A stretch of DNA of 63,684 nucleotides, filler included, from Octopus bimaculoides (lineage: Eukaryota), in assembly GCF_001194135.2 (NCBI RefSeq). It is 5 parts of 5 records of this genome, joined end to end, with 100 filler letters (N's around TTAATTAATTAA, not from the genome) between each part and the next. Parts side by side here need not be neighbours in the genome. Positions count along the whole stretch, not along the records: positions 54,930 to 61,364 come from NC_068981.1; positions 61,465 to 63,684 come from NW_026318897.1; 3 more parts are not named here. The stretch is one strand, 5' to 3'. Positions 54,930-63,684 of the stretch are shown in pieces. Numbering within the stretch: position 1 is the stretch's first letter; each line of letters opens with the position of its first letter. The notes under the pieces were generated by a model. The model made no database searches. It was not told the origin of the DNA and saw nothing but the letters and a program-made list of their open reading frames with translations. The translations under genes were made by a program, and so were the position numbers.

Positions 54930-55146
54930 GCCTTTTTCTTTCAGGTTTTGAGAACCCTAATTTTTCCAGGTTTTTGTTGAGGCAGTTCGTTACATATCCC
55001 AATGCCCCAACAATCACGGGTATGAATCTGAACTTGTAGTCTGGGTGGAGTATCTGTAAATTTCTCAGTAGCTCGGCGTAGTTGTTCTCTTTTTCTCTAA
55101 TCTTTAGTGGGATGTTGACATCCGCAGGACAGCTGATTTCTACTGT
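54930..55146 (-). pseudogene. Restriction-like endonuclease (RLE) domain fragment of an R4/Dong/NeSL-type retrotransposon
   Basis: TVEISCPADVNIPLKIREKENNYAELLRNLQILHPDYKFRFIPVIVGALGYV matches the RLE pattern (I.D/E...P.D.NI...E.EK..KY..L...PIVVGALG). Confidence 0.75.
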
Positions 55147-55688
55147 ATGTATGTATGTATGTATGTATGTTTGTATGTATGTATGTATGTATGTATAAAT
55201 TAGCCTATTAACTTAGGAAGGTGAGTATATAGCCGAGTAACATAAAAAATGTTACCCATATATCTGTGACTTTACGATGTTGGAGGGGAACGAAGAGGGG
55301 AGTAAAGTGAATTATGTGTATTTGTGAGGGGTGTATTTCTTTATTTTCTTAGAAATAAAAGTATTTTTGTCATAATTGTTTATCTTTTTATGGGTATTTT
55401 ATTTTTTATTCTTGTTTCCGCTTATTTTGTTTTTCATTAAATTAAGGTGTGGCTAATTCTTTGTTGTGTCTCTTAAGTTGTAAAATAGGACAGCGGCATA
55501 GATAAAAACAGGCGCATGCACAATCACTCATTCACATACTTACACAGACACATACATATATACATGCATACATACATACTCATACATAAATAAGAATGTG
55601 TATATGCAAAACACATGTCCGTATGTGTAAATGTATATGTAAATGTGTGTGTGTGTGTAAAACCAAAATATATACGAATACAATATAT

Positions 55689-55859
55689 AGGCGCAGGTGT
55701 GACTGAGAGGTAAGAAGTTTGCTTCCCAACCACATGGTTCCGGGTTCAGATCCACTGTGTGGCACCTTGGGCAAGCGTCTTCTACAATAGCCTCAGGCTG
55801 ACCATAGCGTTAGCAGTAGATTTGGTAGACGGAAAATGAAAGAAGCCCGTCATTATGTG

Positions 55860-55865
<6 letters not shown>
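55689..55865 (+). mobile_element. SINE family A, 5' half
   Basis: AGGCGCAGGTGTGACTG..GGTTCCGGGTTCAG..GGCACCTTGGGCAAG. Confidence 0.85.
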
Positions 55866-55928
<63 letters not shown>

Positions 55929-56763
55929 NNNNNNNNNNNNNNNNNNNNNNNNNNNNNNNNNNNNNNNNNNNNNNNNNNNNNNNNNNNNNNNNNNNNNNNN
56001 NNNNNNNNNNNNNNNNNNNNNNNNNNNNNNNNNNNNNNNNNNNNNNNNNNNNNNNNNNNNNNNNNNNNNNNNNNNNNNNNNNNNNNNNNNNNNNNNNNNN
56101 NNNNNNNNNNNNNNNNNNNNNNNNNNNNNNNNNNNNNNNNNNNNNNNNNNNNNNNNNNNNNNNNNNNNNNNNNNNNNNNNNNNNNNNNNNNNNNNNNNNN
56201 NNNNNNNNNNNNNNNNNNNNNNNNNNNNNNNNNNNNNNNNNNNNNNNNNNNNNNNNNNNNNNNNNNNNNNNNNNNNNNNNNNNNNNNNNNNNNNNNNNNN
56301 NNNNNNNNNNNNNNNNNNNNNNNNNNNNNNNNNNNNNNNNNNNNNNNNNNNNNNNATATATATATATATATATGCGTGTATGTTTATATGTATGTAATTA
56401 TGTAACATTCAATACGTCGAGTGAAGTGGATTTGTCTCGAACCTAGAATCGAAACCTGTACCCAAGATTTGTCAGCCGTTGGCTCCACATTAATCAGGAA
56501 CATTCCTTCACCTTAATTAATATTCTTGCCTTAAGCCGTTGTCGAAAGATACAGCACGGACGAAATGTGACGAAATGTGACGAAACATAATCATTCCAGA
56601 TCCATTGTTGTTTATTGCTTTCTTATTGCAGTTAGCACTGCTGCATATCTTGGTGCTCCAATTTTTATTGCTGTTCTTGTTCTCGTTGTTGTCATGACAA
56701 TTGTTGCTGTTATCTCTGTGGTTGCTACTGTTGTAGGTGGTGTTGTGGCTGCTATTGTTGCTG

Positions 56764-56822
<59 letters not shown>

Positions 56823-56824
<2 letters not shown>

Positions 56825-57003
56825 GGCCAAGTGCTGGGTGGTTTTTGCCTGTCTTTACGTTATGAGTTCAAATTCCGGCGAGGTCGACTTCGCCTTTAAG
56901 CCTTTCGGGGTCGACGAAATAAGGACCAGCTGAGCACTGGGATCGATTTAATCAACTAGCCTTCTCCCCCGAAATTTCAGGTCATGTTCCTTCAGTAGAA
57001 AGG

Positions 57004-57004
<1 letters not shown>
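56823..57004 (+). mobile_element. SINE family B followed by (ATT)n
   Basis: GAGTTCAAATTCCGGCGAGGTCGAC..CTTTCGGGGTCGACG core; tail AGTAGAAAGGATT. Confidence 0.85.
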
Positions 57005-57069
<65 letters not shown>

Positions 57070-57075
<6 letters not shown>

Positions 57076-57317
57076 TAGTTTTAGTTTTATAACGTGCTTT
57101 CACATCACTACCGAGCACAGCTCTGTGTGCCTTGGGTATGTACTGTGGTTTATTGTGGTGCTCTTATTTTTACTGTATTGAAAGTGTTTTACGTAGGATG
57201 TATGAGGTATCTTGTAGTGCTATTTTCTCTGTTATATATACTTGTAAGTCCTGGTGTTTTTGTTATGTATTTGTCTGAATGTCTTTTTTTTTATCATACC
57301 TAATGCACCTACTATGG

Positions 57318-57320
<3 letters not shown>
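57070..57320 (-). mobile_element. 3' end of an R4/Dong-type element (RLE C-terminus plus 3' UTR)
   Basis: IVGALGMIKK.HSDKYITKTPGLTSIYN, frameshift, KIALQDTSYILRKTLSIQ*; UTR homologous to 49126-49225 and ending in (AAT)n. Confidence 0.8.
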
Positions 57321-57368
<48 letters not shown>

Positions 57369-59147
57369 TTATTATTATTGCCTTTGCACAGCTTCTAACG
57401 CTGGAGATGTACTACAATGTCAGCTGTTCCCTACCAGTGAACTAAGGTAACACCTCTTATTTTTTTGAGCACCGATGGCGGCGGTGGCGGTGGCGGTGGC
57501 AGCGGCGGTGGCNNNNNNNNNNNNNNNNNNNNNNNNNNNNNNNNNNNNNNNNNNNNNNNNNNNNNNNNNNNNNNNNNNNNNNNNNNNNNNNNNNNNNNNN
57601 NNNNNNNNNNNNNNNNNNNNNNNNNNNNNNNNNNNNNNNNNNNNNNNNNNNNNNNNNNNNNNNNNNNNNNNNNNNNNNNNNNNNNNNNNNNNNNNNNNNN
57701 NNNNNNNNNNNNNNNNNNNNNNNNNNNNNNNNNNNNNNNNNNNNNNNNNNNNNNNNNNNNNNNNNNNNNNNNNNNNNNNNNNNNNNNNNNNNNNNNNNNN
57801 NNNNNNNNNNNNNNNNNNNNNNNNNNNNNNNNNNNNNNNNNNNNNNNNNNNNNNNNNNNNNNNNNNNNNNNNNNNNNNNNNNNNNNNNNNNNNNNNNNNN
57901 NNNNNNNNNNNNNNNNNNNNNNNNNNNNNNNNNNNNNNNNNNNNNNNNNNNNNNNNNNNNNNNNNNNNNNNNNNNNNNNNNNNNNNNNNNNNNNNNNNNN
58001 NNNNNNNNNNNNNNNNNNNNNNNNNNNNNNNNNNNNNNNNNNNNNNNNNNNNNNNNNNNNNNNNNNNNNNNNNNNNNNNNNNNNNNNNNNNNNNNNNNNN
58101 NNNNNNNNNNNNNNNNNNNNNNNNNNNNNNNNNNNNNNNNNNNNNNNNNNNNNNNNNNNNNNNNNNNNNNNNNNNNNNNNNNNNNNNNNNNNNNNNNNNN
58201 NNNNNNNNNNNNNNNNNNNNNNNNNNNNNNNNNNNNNNNNNNNNNNNNNNNNNNNNNNNNNNNNNNNNNNNNNNNNNNNNNNNNNNNNNNNNNNNNNNNN
58301 NNNNNNNNNNNNNNNNNNNNNNNNNNNNNNNNNNNNNNNNNNNNNNNNNNNNNNNNNNNNNNNNNNNNNNNNNNNNNNNNNNNNNNNNNNNNNNNNNNNN
58401 NNNNNNNNNNNNNNNNNNNNNNNNNNNNNNNNNNNNNNNNNNNNNNNNNNNNNNNNNNNNNNNNNNNNNNNNNNNNNNNNNNNNNNNNNNNNNNNNNNNN
58501 NNGCGGTGGTGGTGGTGGTGGTGGTGCTGGTGGTGGCGGCGGTGGTAGTGTTGGTGTTGGTGACATTTCTGCAAAATAGAAGACGTTATTTTATCGTATC
58601 GAGCGCGAATCTAAGACCTCCTGATCTTCTTGAGTCAGAAGAGATTAAGATAATCCTCCTAAGAAACATCCTCATGTTGCTGATATGCTCTTCTTTAACG
58701 TAACATTATATACACCCGCCAACAATCATACAACACCACACCATGTATATATACATACATATATACAAATGTATATAAGTAAACAAATCTATACAAATAT
58801 TCATATACATATATATATCCATATATATACATTTGTATCTCTCTCTATATATATATGGGTGTGTGTTCATCTATCTGTGTGCATATGTTCGTGTACGCAT
58901 GCGTATATGTGTGTGTGTGTTTATATGGCACACATATGCTTACATACAGAGGTGAAGATGAATGTGGCAGTTTGTGTGTTATATATACGTATAATAAGCA
59001 AAATTATGCAGCAATACAACGTGTGTATATGCGTTCGTATGTATGTGTATATATATATATACACACTCACACACATATGCTTGCACGCACAAGTATATAG
59101 GTTTATATACGTACATACATATATATGCGCATATCTCTATCTATCTA

Positions 59148-59182
<35 letters not shown>

Positions 59183-59871
59183 NNNNNNNNNNNNNNNNNN
59201 NNNNNNNNNNNNNNNNNNNNNNNNNNNNNNNNNNNNNNNNNNNNNNNNNNNNNNNNNNNNNNNNNNNNNNNNNNNNNNNNNNNNNNNNNNNNNNNNNNNN
59301 NNNNNNNNNNNNNNNNNNNNNNNNNNNNNNNNNNNNNNNNNNNNNNNNNNNNNNNNNNNNNNNNNNNNNNNNNNNNNNNNNNNNNNNNNNNNNNNNNNNN
59401 NNNNNNNNNNNNNNNNNNNNNNNNNNNNNNNNNNNNNNNNNNNNNNNNNNNNNNNNNNNNNNNNNNNNNNNNNNNNNNNNNNNNNNNNNNNNNNNNNNNN
59501 NNNNNNNNNNNNNNNNNNNNNNNNNNNNNNNNNNNNNNNNNNNNNNNNNNNNNNNNNNNNNNNNNNNNNNNNNNNNNNNNNNNNNNNNNNNNNNNNNNNN
59601 NNNNNNNNNNNNNNNNNNNNNNNNNNNNNNNNNNNNNNNNNNNNNNNNNNNNNNNNNNNNNNNNNNNNNNNNNNNNNNNNNNNNNNNNNNNNNNNNNNNN
59701 NNNNNNNNNNNNNNNNNNTTTTAGCTTGCTGCGTAGGAACATGCGGCCGCTTGACGAAGCAACAACATACTCGTACATGTCAATGGTCCTAAACCGTCTT
59801 TACATATGGACCTTTTGATGACTGTCTTACTCTGATGGACTCCCATGGCCATTTAATATTTAGAAACTAGT

Positions 59872-59979
59872 AAGGCGGCGACCTGGCAGAAACGTTAGCA
59901 CGCCAGGCGAAATGCTTAGCGGTATTTAGTCTGTCTTTACGTTCTGAGTTCAAATCCCGCCGAGGCCGACTTTGCCTTT
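59872..59979 (+). mobile_element. SINE family B, 5' part
   Basis: AAGGCGGCGACCTGGCAGAAACGTTAG..GAGTTCAAATCCCG. Confidence 0.8.
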
Positions 59980-60335
59980 GAGATGAATGGAGGGTCAAGT
60001 CTTGCACTGGGGACGAAAACAGGCAGAGGAACTAAATAAGATGTGGTGAGAAAGAATGAACGGTGGATGAGAAGCTCAGGTAGGTTGGGTTCATTTGAAA
60101 GAAGGAAGACGGCGTTCATAGAAAATCCGTGAAGTATAATGTTTGGGTCAGAAAAAAGTCGGAAGTGCCCTAGAATGGTCCGTTGGAATGGTAAACTGAT
60201 GGGATGGTAAGTTATGGTATTTTAGAAGGTCATTAGGGGTAAGGCGGATACAAGGCATGAACGCAGAGGTACCATGCACAGTGCGCACTCTGCAGCGTTT
60301 GGCAATAAATGGGCGTTGTTGAGAGAAGTAACGGA
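59980..60335 (-). pseudogene. Penelope-like element fragment: RT-EN linker and start of Cys motif
   Basis: ITYHPISLPFQRTILGHFRLFSDP..NLPELLIHRS, then in another frame CFRPQCKT*PSI; matches the PLE TYHP...IL.HF..L.SDP and C.RPRCKTCP.I motifs. Confidence 0.65.
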
Positions 60336-61042
60336 TCATTTAATACAATCGATGTTAACACGGGAGAGATACTGCATATCAACTATTGTATATCTTGCAA
60401 TCCAAGATTTTTTTTTTTATTATTAATCTTATATCCGTCTATGTCATTAAGATGGAATTGATCTGATCGTATTTGAGAGATTCAATCAACCAACAAAGAC
60501 AGTCGGCTTTAACCTTACTCAACGTTGAACGTGAGGAAATTTAGAATGCGAAATCTCATGATATTGTTGACACATTTCTTTAGTTAAAAGTTGTGTTTTC
60601 GAGTCAAGTTGAAAACTAATCTCAGACATCGCCAGAAACGAGAGCAAACAAAAAAAAAAAGACTTCATTTAAAAAATTCCCCATTGTTGAGAGTGATTTT
60701 ATACATTNNNNNNNNNNGGGAAACCAGCATTATGAGCCAGACAGAGACACGCAGAAAGTCACACACACACACACACACATACGCACATGCACATATGTAT
60801 GTTGTTGACGCCATAAGATTTTATAAATATTCAAGAAAACGTGGAATAATTCTGTTTTGAAGCTGGATAAAGCTAGAGATAATAGCATGTAATTATTGGG
60901 TTGAAATTCTTGGACATTTTTTTTTCATCGAAAATGACTTTTCAACCCGATATTTATATACTGTTACTTATAGATTTATGTGTACCACGAGATCAAATTT
61001 CAAAAGAAAATTACATCTATCTATCTATCTATCTATCTATCT

Positions 61043-61364
61043 GTTCGCCCCGAGATCGTCGTGGAGGGAAGGTACGACGACGATCTCGGGGCGAACCTGG
61101 GCGTCGACGAGGAATACCTGACCCGCCTGTTTAAGACGACCTTCGGGCCGGGACCTATGGACAACTTCCAGAGATCCCTGGCCTGGCAGTGCTATCGAGA
61201 AGCACTACCCGTTCGGGATAAGCTCTACAGGCATGGCTCGAGAAACACGGGGCCGACCTGTCCGAGATGCCGGCAGAGCGACGAAACCGTTCTGCACGCA
61301 CTCGTACAGTGTCCCACCATTTCCGAGCTGTGGGCTTACGTCGAACAACTGCTATCGCGTGTGG
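61043..61364 (+). pseudogene. L1/Tx1-clade ORF2 C-terminal zinc-binding (zf-RVT) fragment
   Basis: SLAWQCYREALPVRDKL..CPRCRQSDETVLHALVQCPTISELW (C-x2-C-x8-H-x4-C); GC-rich like the 47060 fragment. Confidence 0.85.
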
Positions 61365-61408
61365 NNNNNNNNNNNNNNNNNNNNNNNNNNNNNNNNNNNN
61401 NNNNNNNN

Positions 61409-61420
61409 TTAATTAATTAA
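61409..61420. other. Scaffolding linker TTAATTAATTAA inside an N gap (also at 17565-17576, 39845-39856, 54874-54885)
   Basis: Identical palindromic 12-mer with stops in all frames, always centred in N runs; an assembly artefact marking contig joins. Confidence 0.9.
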
Positions 61421-61656
61421 NNNNNNNNNNNNNNNNNNNNNNNNNNNNNNNNNNNNNNNNNNNNTAAATTGTAATAATATTGTTCAGCTCATGTAAACAA
61501 TTAATACATTTTTTTAATCGAAAATTCAAAAACCAAAATTCCATAATTAGCATGCATAACAACATCAATACACCAAATTTGAAATCAGCTGTAACAAAAT
61601 TGAAGGAATTGAAAAGTGAAAGCCTAAGAGAAAAAGACCACAAATGTTTTAAAATT

Positions 61657-62475
61657 TTAATAAACGTCTGAATAATCCATAGTGCTCACTTTGTGGTTCC
61701 TTTGAGTGCTGTATCTTGCCTGTGTTGCATGTTTCCTGTGTTCAAGAGAAGCTGATAATAATAACAATTTCATGCGTTCATGAACAACTCGCAAGTCTTC
61801 CTCTTGTCCAGTATACCCTGTCAGATCTGACAAGTCCCGAATCCATGCGTTACAGAAGTGAAAGGCAATTAACCCCGTATAAAGATTAGCTGCCGCAATA
61901 AGACTTGGTCTAAAGTAATTTCTTACGGAGAGAAAGTCATCATATAGCACTAGTTCCGCTAAATAGTTCATGAAATGAAACAAATCGTGACGAGGTTTTA
62001 CTTTGAGAATAACCTGGTAATACGAAATGAAGATATAGGGAGTCATAAAAAACATCCTACCATGAAAACATTCAGCAACCGACATGTGCATCCTATGAAG
62101 CTCCTCCTCTGGAGACTCTGGGTCGACTGCAGCAGTCATAAGAGTAATATTCAAACCCTCATCTGTTGTACGAAGAAATATCGTGTCAAAAGCGACTTTA
62201 AGACATGTTGCTCCAACACATTGCAGTTTTTCGCTTGAAATCGGTGGTGAGTTTCTAGAAGACAGGAATAAGTCAAATAATACAACTGATAGGTGGAGAA
62301 CTTCCAGAGGAGCGTTGAAATTATTTGCGCATGCTATCATCCAGTTAACCACAGCCTTACGATCTTCAGGTTGAAAACTATGGTGACCTTCTCGAAAATA
62401 ATTACGGACTTTCTTTTGCCGTCTTTCCATTTCATGTACAGAGTTTAATCTTCTAGCAACATCTGCAAAATCCAT
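61657..62475 (-). CDS. Divergent single-exon cyclin A/B-fold protein, 272 aa (cyclin N and C boxes, no N-terminal regulatory tail)
   Basis: Uninterrupted ORF aligning end to end with the cyclin A/B core: EME..NY; DRKAVVNW ~ MRAILVDW; EVLHLSVVLFDLFLSS ~ ETLHLAVNYIDRFLSS; KLQCVG ~ KLQLVG; TPYIF ~ TVNQF; YLAELVL ~ FLGELSL; PSLIAAA ~ PSVIAGA; LTGYT ~ KTGYT; ARYSTQRNHKVS ~ EKYKNSKYHGVS. Kozak context ACCATGG; in-frame TAA 6 codons upstream. Confidence 0.88.
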   Translation of the reverse strand: MDFADVARRLNSVHEMERRQKKVRNYFREGHHSFQPEDRKAVVNWMIACANNFNAPLEVLHLSVVLFDLFLSSRNSPPISSEKLQCVGATCLKVAFDTIFLRTTDEGLNITLMTAAVDPESPEEELHRMHMSVAECFHGRMFFMTPYIFISYYQVILKVKPRHDLFHFMNYLAELVLYDDFLSVRNYFRPSLIAAANLYTGLIAFHFCNAWIRDLSDLTGYTGQEEDLRVVHERMKLLLLSASLEHRKHATQARYSTQRNHKVSTMDYSDVY

Positions 62476-62560
62476 GGTCGTTCTTCTGCGAAATTAAACG
62501 TAACTCATTTGTTTAGAAAGTATAGTGTAGTGTCAAGCGACGAAAATCAAAAACATTTCT

Positions 62561-62575
62561 CACGTGATTACGTCA
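62561..62575 (-). promoter_or_regulatory. Adjacent CRE/ATF-like (TGACGTAA) and E-box (CACGTG) motifs about 90-100 bp upstream of the cyclin ATG
   Basis: Minus strand reads TGACGTAATCACGTG; motif match only, function untested. Confidence 0.3.
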
Positions 62576-62874
62576 TTCAAACGTAACAATCAGTAAATGT
62601 CGTTCCAGTTTATTTCAATAATCAAAATCTTCAGTTGTATTTCGATATTAAATTATTTATTGTTCTTTAACATTTGAAGTGTACTAAATTGATTGTTATT
62701 TACAATATCAAAGTTAAGCAATATATAACATTGAAATTATAAAATTGAACATGTGTTACAATTCAGTAACAAAAATAGCATGAAATAATTTAAAATCAAT
62801 TTAATGCCTAAAACTATCATAATAAAATTGCAAGGCATAACATTTATGATACTTGGGCCTATAAAACACACAGA

Positions 62875-63330
62875 TCATAATTCTAACCTATTTGCAAAGG
62901 GTATCATTCTGTATTCTGGAAATGCAATCTGCTGTCGATGCAGAGTGCATCTACGTCTGAGCGATAATCCCGTGGACCCTATGTAGTTTTGGTGGCAGCC
63001 CGAGCATCTTATGACATAAATCAGATTTTCTGAAGCACAAGTACAGTCAGATTTGATTTTGAATTTTTGTCCTTCTTTGAAAAGGAATTCTGATCCTTCT
63101 AGAATGTTTGGGCATGTTGCGCAATTTGGTCGACCACATTTTTTCACTTTTGCATCTGTTATTTTGGAAAATAATTTTGCCTTAGTGAGGATCTTTTTTC
63201 GTGATTTCGGTTGTGATTTTATGTGTGTGTAAAATTTCCTTTAATTTGGGGTCCTTATGTAACATTGGTAAATTTTTGGGGTAGACAAGGGTGTTATTTT
63301 CCTTGATTTCCTGGAACATAGTTGTGCTTT
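62875..63330 (-). pseudogene. Penelope-like element linker plus GIY-YIG endonuclease fragment
   Basis: LHKDPKLKEIL, frameshift, KKILTKAK..KKCGRPNCATCPNI..CTCASENLIYVIRCSGCHQNYIGSTGLSLRRRCTLH. Confidence 0.88.
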
Positions 63331-63479
63331 AAACAGCGAGTGGTATAGTGAGACATTCAGAAATCTTTGAGTAGCAATCACGAGTAAGAAGCCGAATAAG
63401 AATCTGCAAACAATTAACATTCACGATGACAATATGCAGCTCCACACACCTTTAGCGACAAGGCCCCAACTTTCCACCA

Positions 63480-63684
63480 CATCTACATTGAAACTTTGGA
63501 CCAAAACCAGTCAAGCTATCCAGTGGTTCAATTCTCTACGCCCGAAGCACACCTTTGAATATATACAAATCGACATTGATCAATACTACTCCAGCCTATA
63601 CCCTATTCTTCTAAATAAGGCCCTAATTTTCGCCAAAAACATTCCAACTTCCCTTGTGACAATATTGATATATTAGCAGCCCGC
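63480..63684 (+). pseudogene. Penelope-like reverse transcriptase fragment, running off the window
   Basis: LWTKTSQAIQWFNSL..IQIDIDQYYSSL..LLNKALIFAK, frameshift, DNIDILAAR; resembles PLE RT W.NT..VI.WF..FDI.DFYPSI...LL.KAL.FA. Confidence 0.65.

Noticed and set aside
57420-59818. Very long ORFs of 200-412 aa in the track
   Set aside because: They consist mostly of X from N gaps. The 658-aa ORF at 50838-52814 is real only for its RTE part (50838-52067).
61480-61671. Convergent 63-aa ORF overlapping the cyclin stop, as in compact viral genomes
   Set aside because: An in-frame TAA at 61465 closes it, it starts at TTG, and it has no recognisable motif.
61657-62475. Viral (v-cyclin or endogenous virus) origin of the cyclin
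   Set aside because: No other viral gene or hallmark is visible nearby, and the C-terminal motifs are cyclin A/B-like, whereas herpesviral cyclins are D-type. Not excluded, but unsupported here.

Overview
Eukaryotic, AT-rich, microsatellite-saturated draft scaffold with many N gaps and four TTAATTAATTAA scaffold linkers. The SINE families and repeat texture point to an octopus genome; this is an inference, since I cannot run a search. Almost every ORF in the track is a microsatellite or N-gap artefact. One intact gene stands out: a single-exon 272-aa cyclin A/B-fold ORF (61657-62475, minus). It has no N-terminal destruction region, and by manual alignment it has lost both CDK-anchoring residues (equivalents of cyclin A2 K266 and E295) and part of the MRAIL patch. 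It is flanked by Penelope-like element (PLE) debris. The rest is transposon material: Tc3-like, Tc1 and mariner relics, a hAT MITE, other foldback elements, RTE, Tx1/L1 and R4/Dong-type (RLE) non-LTR fragments, three PLE fragments, a degenerate minimal hammerhead motif and about 20 tRNA-derived SINE copies. Two Dong-like 3' ends sit exactly on (AAT)n tracts that are the tails of oppositely oriented SINEs. All alignments were done by eye and boundaries are approximate unless a TSD or TIR is given.
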